Below, piece after piece: positions 48,504-57,579 of a DNA stretch of 64,000 nt. Position 1 is the first letter of the stretch, and each line of letters starts with the position of its first letter. The notes below the pieces were generated by a model. It saw only the letters and a list, made by a program, of their open reading frames with translations, did not search any database and had not been told where the DNA came from. Both the position numbers and the translations under genes were made by a program. Source of the DNA: a candidate division WOR-3 bacterium (GTDB taxonomy: Bacteria > Hydrothermota > 32-111); the NCBI GenBank assembly GCA_039804105.1, contig JBDRZU010000001.1, positions 672,001-736,000 of the forward strand. Direction: 5' to 3'.

Positions 48504-49193
48504 TCACTTCTTTTCTTTCTTCTCTTTTTCTTTCTCTTTTCCTTTATCTTCTTTTTCTTCCTCTTCTTCACCCTCTTCTTTCTTTTCCCTGATGAGTTCT
48601 GGCTCTTTTGCTTCCTCTTCAGGTTTTGGTGCTTCTTCAACATACGCCTTTGGAGCAAGAATAGTCACAACAACCTCTTCTGGATTTTCGACGATTTCAA
48701 ACTTTTCAGCCTTTATATCTTTCACATGTATTGAATCACCTATTGCAAGTTCTGAAATATCAACTTCAACATGTGATGGTATGTCTGCTGGCAAACATTT
48801 GATTTCAAGATCTCTGAGAAGGTGCTCAACTATTCCACCCTCTTTAACTCCCTTTGCTGAACCTTTTAGAATGATCGGTACTGTAAGTTTCAATTTTTCA
48901 GATTTATGGATTATCTGAAAATCGATATGTAAAATTCTGTTTGTTCTAGGGCTTCTGAAAATCTCTTTTATGATCGCAAGAAAATTATCTTTTCCCATCT
49001 TAATATTTATAAGAGATTTCTCTCTTCCAATTGCGTGAAACATCTTATTCAACTCAACCTCATCGACAGAGAACAACCTGTTCTCCTCTTTGTGTCCATA
49101 TGCGACACATGGAATTTTGTTATTCTTTCTTAAGAGGGTAAGAATATGTTTACCCTTTTCTCTTTTTTCAACTGGTAAATCGTATTGAAGCAT
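48504..49193 (-). CDS. rplY: 50S ribosomal protein L25/general stress protein Ctc
   Basis: 'LRK...IP.V.YG', 'HIDF', 'GVKEGG', 'IP..VEVDISEL.IGDSIHV', Glu/Lys-rich tail. Confidence 0.95.
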   Translation of the reverse strand: MLQYDLPVEKREKGKHILTLLRKNNKIPCVAYGHKEENRLFSVDEVELNKMFHAIGREKSLINIKMGKDNFLAIIKEIFRSPRTNRILHIDFQIIHKSEKLKLTVPIILKGSAKGVKEGGIVEHLLRDLEIKCLPADIPSHVEVDISELAIGDSIHVKDIKAEKFEIVENPEEVVVTILAPKAYVEEAPKPEEEAKEPELIREKKEEGEEEEEKEDKGKEKEKEKKEKK

Positions 49194-49201
49194 TTATCCT
49201 C

Positions 49202-50131
49202 CTAATCAAAAAGTGCACTGATAGATTCTTTATTATAAACTCTTTTTATAGCATTCGCAAAAAGTTCTGCCATAGACAAAACTTCTATTTTTTCGATCCT
49301 CTTCTCCTCAGGTATCACAACACTATCCGAAGTGTAAAGTTTATCTATAGGTGAATTTTTGAGTTTTGCAATAGCATCACCTGAAAGCAAAGGATGTGTC
49401 ACACATGCTATTATCCTTTTAGCACCATTATACTTTAAAGCTTCAGCTGCTTTTGTGATTGTTCCCGCAGTATCGATTATATCGTCAACCATTAAAACAT
49501 TCTTATCCTTAACCTCTCCAACAACATGCATCACTTCGGATTGGTTTGGAGAACTTCTTCTTTTATCGATAACAGCAATCGGTAGATTGTTCAGTTTTTT
49601 CGCTATATTTCTTGCTCTGTTAACTCTTCCTGCATCAGGAGAAACCACAACCGTATTGTCAAGTTTTTCGTTCTTTAAAAGATGTTCAACAAAAACTGGT
49701 GCAGAATAAAGATGATCAACTGGAACATTGAAAAAACCCTGAATCTGTTCAGCATGAAGTTCAAGTACCATAACCCTTGAAACACCCGCTGCTGTCAAAA
49801 GGTTTGCAACAACTCTTGAACTTATTGGAACCCTTGGAGCATCCTTTTTATCCTGTCTTGCATATCCATAATATGGTATGACCGCAGTTATCATATCCGC
49901 TGATGCTCTCCTCAAAGAGTCAATGATAAAGATAAGTTCAAGAAGATTATCCGCTGGTGGATTTGTTGACTGTATAACAAACACATGGCTTCCCCTTACA
50001 GATTCATTAATCTGAACCCTTATCTCACCATCAGAAAATTTTGTAATAAGAGAATCAACAAGTGGAATATTCAACTTGTTAGATATCTCTTTTGCTATTT
50101 TGGCATTCGAATTTCCCGCTATAAGTTTCAT
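49202..50131 (-). CDS. prs: ribose-phosphate pyrophosphokinase
   Basis: 'FSDGEI', 'PYYGYARQD', 'SPDAG', 'VDDIIDTAGT'. Start set at ATG 50131 because the ORF-track extension runs through the tRNA. Confidence 0.97.
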   Translation of the reverse strand: MKLIAGNSNAKIAKEISNKLNIPLVDSLITKFSDGEIRVQINESVRGSHVFVIQSTNPPADNLLELIFIIDSLRRASADMITAVIPYYGYARQDKKDAPRVPISSRVVANLLTAAGVSRVMVLELHAEQIQGFFNVPVDHLYSAPVFVEHLLKNEKLDNTVVVSPDAGRVNRARNIAKKLNNLPIAVIDKRRSSPNQSEVMHVVGEVKDKNVLMVDDIIDTAGTITKAAEALKYNGAKRIIACVTHPLLSGDAIAKLKNSPIDKLYTSDSVVIPEEKRIEKIEVLSMAELFANAIKRVYNKESISALFD

Positions 50132-50150
50132 ATAAAACTCACATTTTTCT

Positions 50151-50223
50151 CTGGGGCGGTAGGATTCGAACCTACGAATGCGGGAACCAAAATCCCGTGG
50201 CTTGCCAGCTTGCCGACACCCCA
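50151..50223 (-). tRNA. tRNA-Gln(TTG), CCA not encoded
   Basis: TGGGGTG...CGCCCCA-G acceptor; anticodon arm CGGGA-TT-TTG-GT-TCCCG; GTTCGAATC; conserved position between ispE and prs. Confidence 0.95.
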
Positions 50224-50257
50224 ATAAGTGTTAGTTAAATTTTACTTCCTAAAAGTT

Positions 50258-50518
50258 TTACTTCTTACTCACTTCCTGCTGATATTTTTCAAGAACGACT
50301 TTTTCAATCTTCTGTCTCATCTCATTGTTGATAGGATGGGCAATGTCTCTATATGTCCCATCTTTAGCCCTTCTTGAAGGCATGGAAATGAAAAGACCTT
50401 TTTTTCCGTCGATAATCTTTAAACCCCTGATAACAAATGCGTTGTCAAAAGTTACATTAGCAAATGCTTTCAACTTGGGTTCATCTCTTAATGTGATTCT
50501 TACTTCGGTAATTTCCAT
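50258..50518 (-). CDS. spoVG: septation regulator SpoVG
   Basis: 'MEITEVRI', 'LKAFA.VTFD', 'GLFISMPSR', 'YRDIAHPIN'. Confidence 0.96.
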   Translation of the reverse strand: MEITEVRITLRDEPKLKAFANVTFDNAFVIRGLKIIDGKKGLFISMPSRRAKDGTYRDIAHPINNEMRQKIEKVVLEKYQQEVSKK

Positions 50519-51429
50519 TCTTCCTCCTGAATTTTTGTTAGTAGTTCTTTTTTTATCCTATTTCGAGTTATCGGGGTGGTAAAAAAAATCCTGTTCCCAC
50601 CGAACTCTTTTCTTAGCGAATCAAAATGTTTTTCATTTTCAAAGATCGCAAAAATTGAAGATCCACTTCCACTCATAAGTGAAAGTAAAGGTTCATACTT
50701 TGTTATCCTATTTTTTATATCCTTCAATAAAGGATACCTTTCAAAAACAACCGTTTCAAAAATGTTATAAAAATTTTTGAAAGAACTTTTCAAATTTTTA
50801 TAATCAATTTTTGAATTTATAATATTATAAGATTTTCTATCATTTGTCAAGTGTTTAGATAGAAGGTTATATGCCTCTTTCGTTGAAACCTGAATATCTG
50901 GAGATATGATAAAAATTTTAAGATTTTCAATCTCAGGTATATCTAAAAATTCAAGTTCCTCACCTATACCAGTTCCTATTGCACTCCCACCTTCAACAAG
51001 AAATGGACAATCAGCACCGACCTTCAAAGAAAGTTGCCTAAGTTCTTCTTTTTCAAAGGGATAATCATAATAAAAATTTAAAAAATTGAGTATCGAAGAA
51101 CCATCAGCACTTCCACCACCAAGACCAGCACCTGATGGAATCTTTTTGTTGACTTTAAAATGGAAATCAACCCATTCACTTTCAGATTTGTTTAAAAAGG
51201 ATTCTTTAAAAATATGATACGATTTGTAAATAGTGTTGTTTTTCGGATCTATCATGCAATCACTGTTAAAAAATTCTATGTTTAAATCTTTACTTTCATA
51301 AACCTCGATATTATCAAAAAGATCTATCGATTGAAAAAAGGTGAGAATCTCATGAAAACCATCATCACGCCTGTTCAACACATCAAGAAAAAGATTTATT
51401 TTACAGAAAGATTTTACAAGATATCTCAT
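50500..51429 (-). CDS. ispE: 4-(cytidine 5'-diphospho)-2-C-methyl-D-erythritol kinase
   Basis: 'KINLFL.V...R.DGFHEI', 'IP.GAGLGGGSAD', 'GAD.PF', 'MSGSGS'. Confidence 0.95.
   Translation of the reverse strand: MRYLVKSFCKINLFLDVLNRRDDGFHEILTFFQSIDLFDNIEVYESKDLNIEFFNSDCMIDPKNNTIYKSYHIFKESFLNKSESEWVDFHFKVNKKIPSGAGLGGGSADGSSILNFLNFYYDYPFEKEELRQLSLKVGADCPFLVEGGSAIGTGIGEELEFLDIPEIENLKIFIISPDIQVSTKEAYNLLSKHLTNDRKSYNIINSKIDYKNLKSSFKNFYNIFETVVFERYPLLKDIKNRITKYEPLLSLMSGSGSSIFAIFENEKHFDSLRKEFGGNRIFFTTPITRNRIKKELLTKIQEEEWKLPK
50822..50850 (-). promoter_or_regulatory. candidate internal promoter within ispE for spoVG-tRNA-Gln-prs-ribosomal operon
   Basis: TTGACA (50845-50850) followed by TATAAT at 15 nt or TAATAT at 17 nt, in the variable linker of IspE. 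Confidence 0.45.
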
Positions 51430-52157
51430 TTTCTGAAAATGTTAACTACCTCAGAGAATTCAAAAATTTTATCAGGATCTTTTTCTATAGAATTCCCTGT
51501 TACGATAAAATCTGCTCCACTTTCAAGAATTTCAAGTGCTCTTTTTCGATCCTTTATACCTCCACCGACAATCAGTGGTTTTGATAAAATCTTTTTTGCA
51601 CTCTTAATAAAATTTAACGGAACAGTTTTTTCAGATCCACTCCCTGCCTCAAGGTAAACTATTTTGAAATTCGATATTTCTGAGAGATAGATATAGTTCA
51701 AAAAAGTTTTCATATCTTTTATAAAGTTTATAGGCACCCTTTTTGCAACACTCGTCTTTTTATCATCCATACAGAGTATATATGATGTTGGGATGATCTT
51801 TAATGATGATTTGTATAGATTTTCAGCACCGTTGATATGTTCTCCAATTATATAGTCAAGTTTTTTTGTATTCAAAAGAAAAAGCAATAAAAGAAAATCT
51901 GCATTTTTCGATATCTGATAGTGAGAACCAGGGAAAATAAAAGTTGGTTTTTTTGTTTTTTCTTTTATCGAAAGTATGAATCTATCAAAACCTTTAATCT
52001 TCTTATCACTTCCACCGATAAATATCCCATCAACTTTTGAACTATTTATATTTTTTATGATTCTTTCAAAATCTATTTTTTTTGCTGGATCAATTAAAAC
52101 AAAATATCCTTTTTTGTTTTCGTTGAAAATCTTTTCTATAGGGGAAATTACTTCCAC
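51426..52157 (-). CDS. geranylgeranylglyceryl-phosphate synthase family protein, group II (archaeal/Bacteroidota type)
   Basis: 'FVLIDPAK', 'IFIGGS', 'IFPGS', 'IIPTSYIL', 'VYLEAGSG', 'LIVGGGI', 'GADFIVTGN'. Confidence 0.9.
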   Translation of the reverse strand: MEVISPIEKIFNENKKGYFVLIDPAKKIDFERIIKNINSSKVDGIFIGGSDKKIKGFDRFILSIKEKTKKPTFIFPGSHYQISKNADFLLLLFLLNTKKLDYIIGEHINGAENLYKSSLKIIPTSYILCMDDKKTSVAKRVPINFIKDMKTFLNYIYLSEISNFKIVYLEAGSGSEKTVPLNFIKSAKKILSKPLIVGGGIKDRKRALEILESGADFIVTGNSIEKDPDKIFEFSEVVNIFRK

Positions 52158-53362
52158 AGCAACCTCATAATTATTTTCAAGATATATTTGTCCTTCATCA
52201 AACTACCCATAAAGTTTATAACCATACCTATCGCTTTAACTGAAGATTTAAAAGAATAAATCGTATAATAAAAATCTGATGAAAGTATTTTCTTACCATT
52301 GAAAAGATTTATCGCTGATGTAAAGAATTTATCCCTCTCCTCATCGGTCATTTCAAGCAACATCTCTCTTAACTGGTTCTGTTTTTTAATAGAGTAACTG
52401 TTATCCTTTTCAACAAGTTCCTGATATTGGGACATCCGCTTTGCTGAAAAATCTTTTCCTTTTAAAACGGTGTTTGCAACTATCGCTGCAAAGTTCGCCG
52501 TTCTTAAAGCATTATCTATACCACCACCTGTTATCGGATCAGCAGCTCTTGCACTATCACCTATAACCATAACCCTTTCAGAATACATTTTCGAAAGTTG
52601 ATTAACACTCACACATCCGGGAAATTCTCTTAAAATTTTTGCATCAGGATAATATTTTTGCCTGTATTCATTCAAAAGTTTGTAAGGTTTATCACAATCT
52701 ATAGAAGAAGTTATTCCTACTCCAAAGTTCGCTTCATTTTTTCCTCGTGGGAAAACCCAAAGATAACCACCTGGAGCAACCGACGGTGTGAAATCGAATA
52801 TTATCTCTTCATCATTTATTTTTGGATCATATATTATCTGCTGATAGCATGAATACATATCGTTAAGATTACAAACCGAGTTAATTCCAACTTTATATGG
52901 CAGATATGATTCAACTCCATCAGCTATTATGAGAATTTTTGCAAAATATTCTTCTCCATTTTCGAGTATAACTTTAACATAATCTTTTTCTACCTTGGCA
53001 TCAACGACAAAACTATTTGTTTTTATTTCAAAATTGTTTTCCTCTGTAACTTTCTGTGCAATAAACTTTTCAAACTTTGATCTATCTATTATAAGTCCCA
53101 TATCAGGTATATCAACATTCGCTTCAAGTTCTTTATATTTCACTTTCAGTTTTGTAAACCTGTTTCTTATGAAAGGGAAATCTGTCTCTTTAAAAAAATG
53201 TTTTAATGTGTTGTTCGAAATCCCTTCAGCACAGATTATAGGTTCTCCTATAATATCATCCTTTTCAAACACTATAACTTTATAGTTTTTATCTATCTTA
53301 TAAGCAGCATAAAGACCCGCAGGTCCACCACCAACAATGATCACATCATAATTTTTATCCAT
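52148..53362 (-). CDS. geranylgeranyl reductase family flavoprotein (digeranylgeranylglycerophospholipid reductase-like)
   Basis: GGGPAG FAD motif, 'IG.P..CAEG', 'DR..F', 'ADGVES', 'APGGYLWVFP' (PxxYxWxFP), 'GDSA...DPITGGGI', C-terminal amphipathic helix. Confidence 0.9.
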   Translation of the reverse strand: MDKNYDVIIVGGGPAGLYAAYKIDKNYKVIVFEKDDIIGEPIICAEGISNNTLKHFFKETDFPFIRNRFTKLKVKYKELEANVDIPDMGLIIDRSKFEKFIAQKVTEENNFEIKTNSFVVDAKVEKDYVKVILENGEEYFAKILIIADGVESYLPYKVGINSVCNLNDMYSCYQQIIYDPKINDEEIIFDFTPSVAPGGYLWVFPRGKNEANFGVGITSSIDCDKPYKLLNEYRQKYYPDAKILREFPGCVSVNQLSKMYSERVMVIGDSARAADPITGGGIDNALRTANFAAIVANTVLKGKDFSAKRMSQYQELVEKDNSYSIKKQNQLREMLLEMTDEERDKFFTSAINLFNGKKILSSDFYYTIYSFKSSVKAIGMVINFMGSLMKDKYILKIIMRLLWK

Positions 53363-53531
53363 TTTTACTCAACGCTCCTACTGGACAAACTTTTATACAT
53401 TTATCACATTTAACACAACCTTCGTTTATCTGTAACCTATTCTTATACATCACGATAACCTTCACCGGACAGACAGCAACACAACCACCACAAAGTCCAC
53501 ATTTATCTTTTTCTACTTTTATATATTCCAT
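53355..53531 (-). CDS. 2x[4Fe-4S] ferredoxin, 58 aa (below ORF-track cutoff)
   Basis: MEYIKVEKDKCGLCGGCVAVCPVKVIVMYKNRLQINEGCVKCDKCIKVCPVGALSKNG: two CxxCxxCxxxCP motifs. Starts 2 nt after the alaS stop and overlaps the GGR start by 8 nt. Confidence 0.93.
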   Translation of the reverse strand: MEYIKVEKDKCGLCGGCVAVCPVKVIVMYKNRLQINEGCVKCDKCIKVCPVGALSKNG

Positions 53532-53533
53532 AC

Positions 53534-56092
53534 CTACTCCAAAATTATCTTTTTCAAATTTTCTAACATATTTTCATCAAACTCTTTAGAAACAGAACTA
53601 CCTGACGCAAGATCTTTTCTTCCACCACCTTTTCCCTTTAATATCTGGTTGATTTTTTCTATCACTTTCTTTGCATCCAGGTCAGTATTTGAACTGAAAA
53701 CTAAATAATTTATCTTATCTTCATCCTTACTCAAAAGTGTTCCACACACATGTTTCTCTTTACTTTTAATATTATCCATAATTTTCTTAAGGATGTCAAT
53801 AGTATAACCCTCGAAAAATCCAAAAACAGAAAGGTTACCATTCATTTTCTTCCCTTCGGATATCAATCGATCGGTTATAGAATTTATTTCATAAGTTAAA
53901 TATTTTTCGTTCTCTTTTTTCAACCTGTTATTTTCTTCAATTATTTTTTCAAATCTTTTTTCGAATTCATTAACATCTTTGATCTTATGTTTCAAAAACA
54001 ACATTTCTATTTTGTCGTTCAACTCTTGATAACTCTTTAAAGCGTATAAAGAAGTAAGAGCTTCTATCCTTCTGATACCTGTTGCTATTGATTCCTCTTT
54101 AACTATTCTAAAAAGTCCTATCTCTCCGGTTCTTTCTACATGTGTGCCACCGCACAATTCTTTCGAAACATTTTTTATGGAAACAACTCTAACTTCTCTG
54201 TCATATTTTTCGTTGAAAAAAGCCAGAGCACCTTCTTTTATCGCTTCTTCATATGGCATAATCCTCTTTTCAACTGGAATATTCTGGGATATTATCTCGT
54301 TGACACTATTTTCTATCAACTCTTTCTCCTCATCAGTCAACGGTTTAAAATGTAAAAAATCAAATCTGAATCTATCATAAGATACAAAAGAACCTTCCTG
54401 CCTTACATGTTCTCCAAGAACCTTTCTTAAAACTGAATGTAAAATGTGAGTCGCTGTATGGTTTCTCTGTATGAGATATCTTCTTTTAATATCAACATTT
54501 TGTTTATAGATTTTCCCTTTTTCAAATTCACCTAAAATCTTCTTTCCGATGAGCATATTTCCAAGTGGTGATTTGATGCAGTTTAGAACTTCAAACTCAA
54601 ATTGATCAGAAAAAACTGTTCCTGTATCTGCTATCTGTCCACCAGATTCAGCATAAAAAGGTGTTTCTTTCATCAAGAGTTCATACAAAGAATCTCCAAG
54701 ATCTCTATATCTTAAAATATATGATTCATTCTCAAGTGTCTCATACCCAACAAACTTTGAAACATCATCTTCGAACACAACAAAATCTTTTTTTTCAAAA
54801 TCTGTAAACACTTTATCCTTCCTGGATCTTTCTCTTGCTTCCTCAAGTAGTTGTTCAAATCCATTCTGATCGATTTCAAGGTTATCCTCTTCAGCCATCT
54901 GTTTTAGAAGATCGATAGGAAATCCAAATGTATCATAAAGTAAAAATAATGTTTTTCCATCAACAATATTCCCTTTCAGATTTTTCTTATAATCGTTGTA
55001 AAGTTGCATTCCTTGACCTATAGTTTTTAAAAATCTCTCCTCTTCTGATTTTATTATATTCTTCACTTTATCAACTGTATATAAAAGATATGGGTATTGA
55101 GTTTTCATTATTTTAACCACCTCAGATGTAAGATCATAAAGGAATGGTTTCTCTATCCCCATTTTAAATCCAAACCTAACCGCTCTTCTAAGAACTCTTC
55201 TAATAACATAACCTCGTCCCTCATTTTCAGGTATCACACCATCTGAGATTGAAAATGTAAGGGCTCTTATGTGGTCAGCTATAGAGTTTATCTCTTTTTT
55301 ATACTTTTCATAATCAAGATTGTATGTTTCAGAAAGTGTATTTATGATCGGCTTAAACAGATCAGTTTCGAAAATCGACTTTTTATTCTGCATGACAGTA
55401 GCAAGTCGTTCGAGTCCCATTCCAGTATCAACCCCTTTATTTTTAAGCAAAGTCCTATTTCCAGAACTATCCTGGTTGAACTGAGGGAAAACTATGTTCC
55501 ATATTTCAACATATCTTTTACAATCGTTTTCGATAGAACATGGTTTCTTATTTTCAAGTTCTTTCCCAAAATCATAAAATATTTCAGTTGAAGGCCCACA
55601 AGCACCTGTCCCTCCTGCTGGTCCCCAGAAATTCGTTCTGTCATCCATTTTGATTATTCTTTCAACTGGAATTTTTATAATATCCTTCCATATCCTGTAA
55701 GCTTCACTATCATCCTTATGAACAGTTACAAACAGTTTATCTTTATCTATCTTCAACTCATCAGTTAAAAACTCCCATCCCCATTTTATAGCTTCAAGTT
55801 GGAAGTAATCGTTGAAGGAAAAATTCCCAAGCATTTCAAAAAAAGTATCATGAAAAGGTGAAATCCCAACCTCTTCTAGATCAACCACCCTTAAACATTT
55901 TTGAATCGATGTGGCTCTTTTAAAATCAAAATCAACAAGACCTGCAAACATTGGCTTAAATTGAACCATTCCAGCAACAGTGAAAAGAAGTGTAGGGTCA
56001 TTTTCGGGTATTAAAGATGATGATTCAAAAACTCTATGCTCTCTATCCTTAAAAAATTTGATAAACTTTTCTCTTAAAATCTGACTTTCCAC
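53534..56092 (-). CDS. alaS: alanine--tRNA ligase
   Basis: 'DPTLLFT.AGM.QFK', 'H.TFFEMLGNFS', 'DTGMGLER', 'NHTATH', 'ELCGGTHV', 'GGG'; GTG start. Confidence 0.97.
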   Translation of the reverse strand: MESQILREKFIKFFKDREHRVFESSSLIPENDPTLLFTVAGMVQFKPMFAGLVDFDFKRATSIQKCLRVVDLEEVGISPFHDTFFEMLGNFSFNDYFQLEAIKWGWEFLTDELKIDKDKLFVTVHKDDSEAYRIWKDIIKIPVERIIKMDDRTNFWGPAGGTGACGPSTEIFYDFGKELENKKPCSIENDCKRYVEIWNIVFPQFNQDSSGNRTLLKNKGVDTGMGLERLATVMQNKKSIFETDLFKPIINTLSETYNLDYEKYKKEINSIADHIRALTFSISDGVIPENEGRGYVIRRVLRRAVRFGFKMGIEKPFLYDLTSEVVKIMKTQYPYLLYTVDKVKNIIKSEEERFLKTIGQGMQLYNDYKKNLKGNIVDGKTLFLLYDTFGFPIDLLKQMAEEDNLEIDQNGFEQLLEEARERSRKDKVFTDFEKKDFVVFEDDVSKFVGYETLENESYILRYRDLGDSLYELLMKETPFYAESGGQIADTGTVFSDQFEFEVLNCIKSPLGNMLIGKKILGEFEKGKIYKQNVDIKRRYLIQRNHTATHILHSVLRKVLGEHVRQEGSFVSYDRFRFDFLHFKPLTDEEKELIENSVNEIISQNIPVEKRIMPYEEAIKEGALAFFNEKYDREVRVVSIKNVSKELCGGTHVERTGEIGLFRIVKEESIATGIRRIEALTSLYALKSYQELNDKIEMLFLKHKIKDVNEFEKRFEKIIEENNRLKKENEKYLTYEINSITDRLISEGKKMNGNLSVFGFFEGYTIDILKKIMDNIKSKEKHVCGTLLSKDEDKINYLVFSSNTDLDAKKVIEKINQILKGKGGGRKDLASGSSVSKEFDENMLENLKKIILE

Positions 56093-56095
56093 ATT

Positions 56096-56839
56096 TCACC
56101 TCTTTTTGATTAGATTTTTTAAAAGTATCCAATAGTATTGCAATTTTATATAAATATGCAAAACCATCAATAATATAAAAATAATCCCTGTAAAATTATG
56201 AAGATATACAAGTTTTGCAATATTTTTAAGATGAACCATTCCATACTCTCTTAATACAAGTAAAAGAGAGGTAAAGAGAACTGGAACAAAAATTATTATC
56301 AACAGAATGTTAACTATTCTGTTTATATCGCAAACATCAACGGGGATTTTTTTTCTTTTTGAAAAATAGATAAGCACCATCCCAAAAAGAAACAGAGGGA
56401 GAAGAACGAATATAAAATATTTATCACCCTCACTATAGGATTCATCCAAATTATCTTTTTTTTCATGTTCGTAAGCTGTTGGCAAATTTGTATCAGTTTT
56501 TTCAACTGGATTAAAATTTTTATATTCTGGCTGATTCTGTTCAGTTTCATGACCAGTCAAATTTTCCTGAACTTTTGCTTCATCCGTTTTTTCCTCTAAA
56601 ACCGTTTCACTTTTGTTATCAGTGCTAACATTCAAATTCGTATCCTGAACACTATCAGTAAGTTCCTGTGAAAGATCACATATAGAATCATTATTTTCAT
56701 CTGTATATCTACCACATCTTCCCGGATATGGATCATTTTTTTCATCAAATGGACAATATCTTTCAGCAAAGATGTGAACGATAACAAATATCATTAAAAA
56801 TGTTAGTACTATTTTTTTCATAGGTTTATAAAATATCAC
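56096..56839 (-). CDS. membrane protein with extracytoplasmic Cys motif and C-terminal DUF4405-like His-bearing TM domain
   Basis: Signal peptide; 'CP...NDPYPGRCGRYTD.NND.ICDLSQ'; acidic linker; three TMs with 'LH...G..F...M.LH'. Confidence 0.6.
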   Translation of the reverse strand: MIFYKPMKKIVLTFLMIFVIVHIFAERYCPFDEKNDPYPGRCGRYTDENNDSICDLSQELTDSVQDTNLNVSTDNKSETVLEEKTDEAKVQENLTGHETEQNQPEYKNFNPVEKTDTNLPTAYEHEKKDNLDESYSEGDKYFIFVLLPLFLFGMVLIYFSKRKKIPVDVCDINRIVNILLIIIFVPVLFTSLLLVLREYGMVHLKNIAKLVYLHNFTGIIFILLMVLHIYIKLQYYWILLKNLIKKR

Positions 56840-56854
56840 AAGAAGGATAAATTG

Positions 56855-57574
56855 TCAATGTTTATAGATCTTTCTATAACCCTTTAAAAATCTTATCCTC
56901 TCCTCTTTAGAAAATCTTTCAGTTGCATAATTTATTGTTATAGAAGAAAGATCTTCATAATTTTCGTTTAAAAATTTTTTCAAGATATTTTCACCACAAT
57001 TTTTTCCAACTTCTCTTAACATCCAACCTGTTGCTTTTTTCAAAAGTTCATTTTGATCCTTGATCAATTTTTTTAAAATCTTTAAAGGAAAATCACATTT
57101 TTTTCTTTTTATAAAATAGAACAGTGAAACAATAGAGATTCTCTTCTCCCATAAATTTTTAGAATCTGAAAGTTTTTCTATTATACCGTATTCATTATTT
57201 TCAAAAGAGTATCTTCCAAGAATTCTATAAGATGAAGTATCAACAAGATCCCAGTTGTTAACATATTTTAAGTTTTTAAGATAAAAATCTAAAATTTTTT
57301 CTTTTTCCTCTAAACTTTTCTCATACTTCATGACAAGTATATTCAAAGCAAGAAATCTTACCTCATGGTATTCTGAAGATATCAGGTTCTGTAAAACTTT
57401 CCAATCAACATCTTTATATTTCTTTGCAAAGAATTTTAAAGTTGGTGTATCTATCCCCAAGAATTCATCACCTTCTCCATACTCTCCCTTTTTCGTTTTG
57501 AAAAATCTTTTGTACACCATCTTTTTTTCTTCATCCTTCAATTCAAACAACTCTTTTAAAATTTTTGAATACAT
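56855..57574 (-). CDS. DNA alkylation repair protein (AlkD-like HEAT-repeat family)
   Basis: 'FFKT.KGEYGEGD.FLG', 'NNWDLVD', 'WEKRI', 'KATGWMLREVGK', 'YA.ERF'. Confidence 0.92.
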   Translation of the reverse strand: MYSKILKELFELKDEEKKMVYKRFFKTKKGEYGEGDEFLGIDTPTLKFFAKKYKDVDWKVLQNLISSEYHEVRFLALNILVMKYEKSLEEKEKILDFYLKNLKYVNNWDLVDTSSYRILGRYSFENNEYGIIEKLSDSKNLWEKRISIVSLFYFIKRKKCDFPLKILKKLIKDQNELLKKATGWMLREVGKNCGENILKKFLNENYEDLSSITINYATERFSKEERIRFLKGYRKIYKH

Positions 57575-57579
57575 CTTTA

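Noticed and set aside
48504..48640. Purine/pyrimidine-skewed low-complexity stretch and overlapping Lys/Arg-rich and Phe-rich ORFs (48431-48658, 48312-48734)
   Set aside because: Explained by the Glu/Lys-rich tail of RplY; the other frames are shadows.
50132..50224. 30-aa N-terminal extension of Prs
   Set aside because: It runs through tRNA-Gln(TTG); the conserved Prs sequence starts at MKLIAG (50131).
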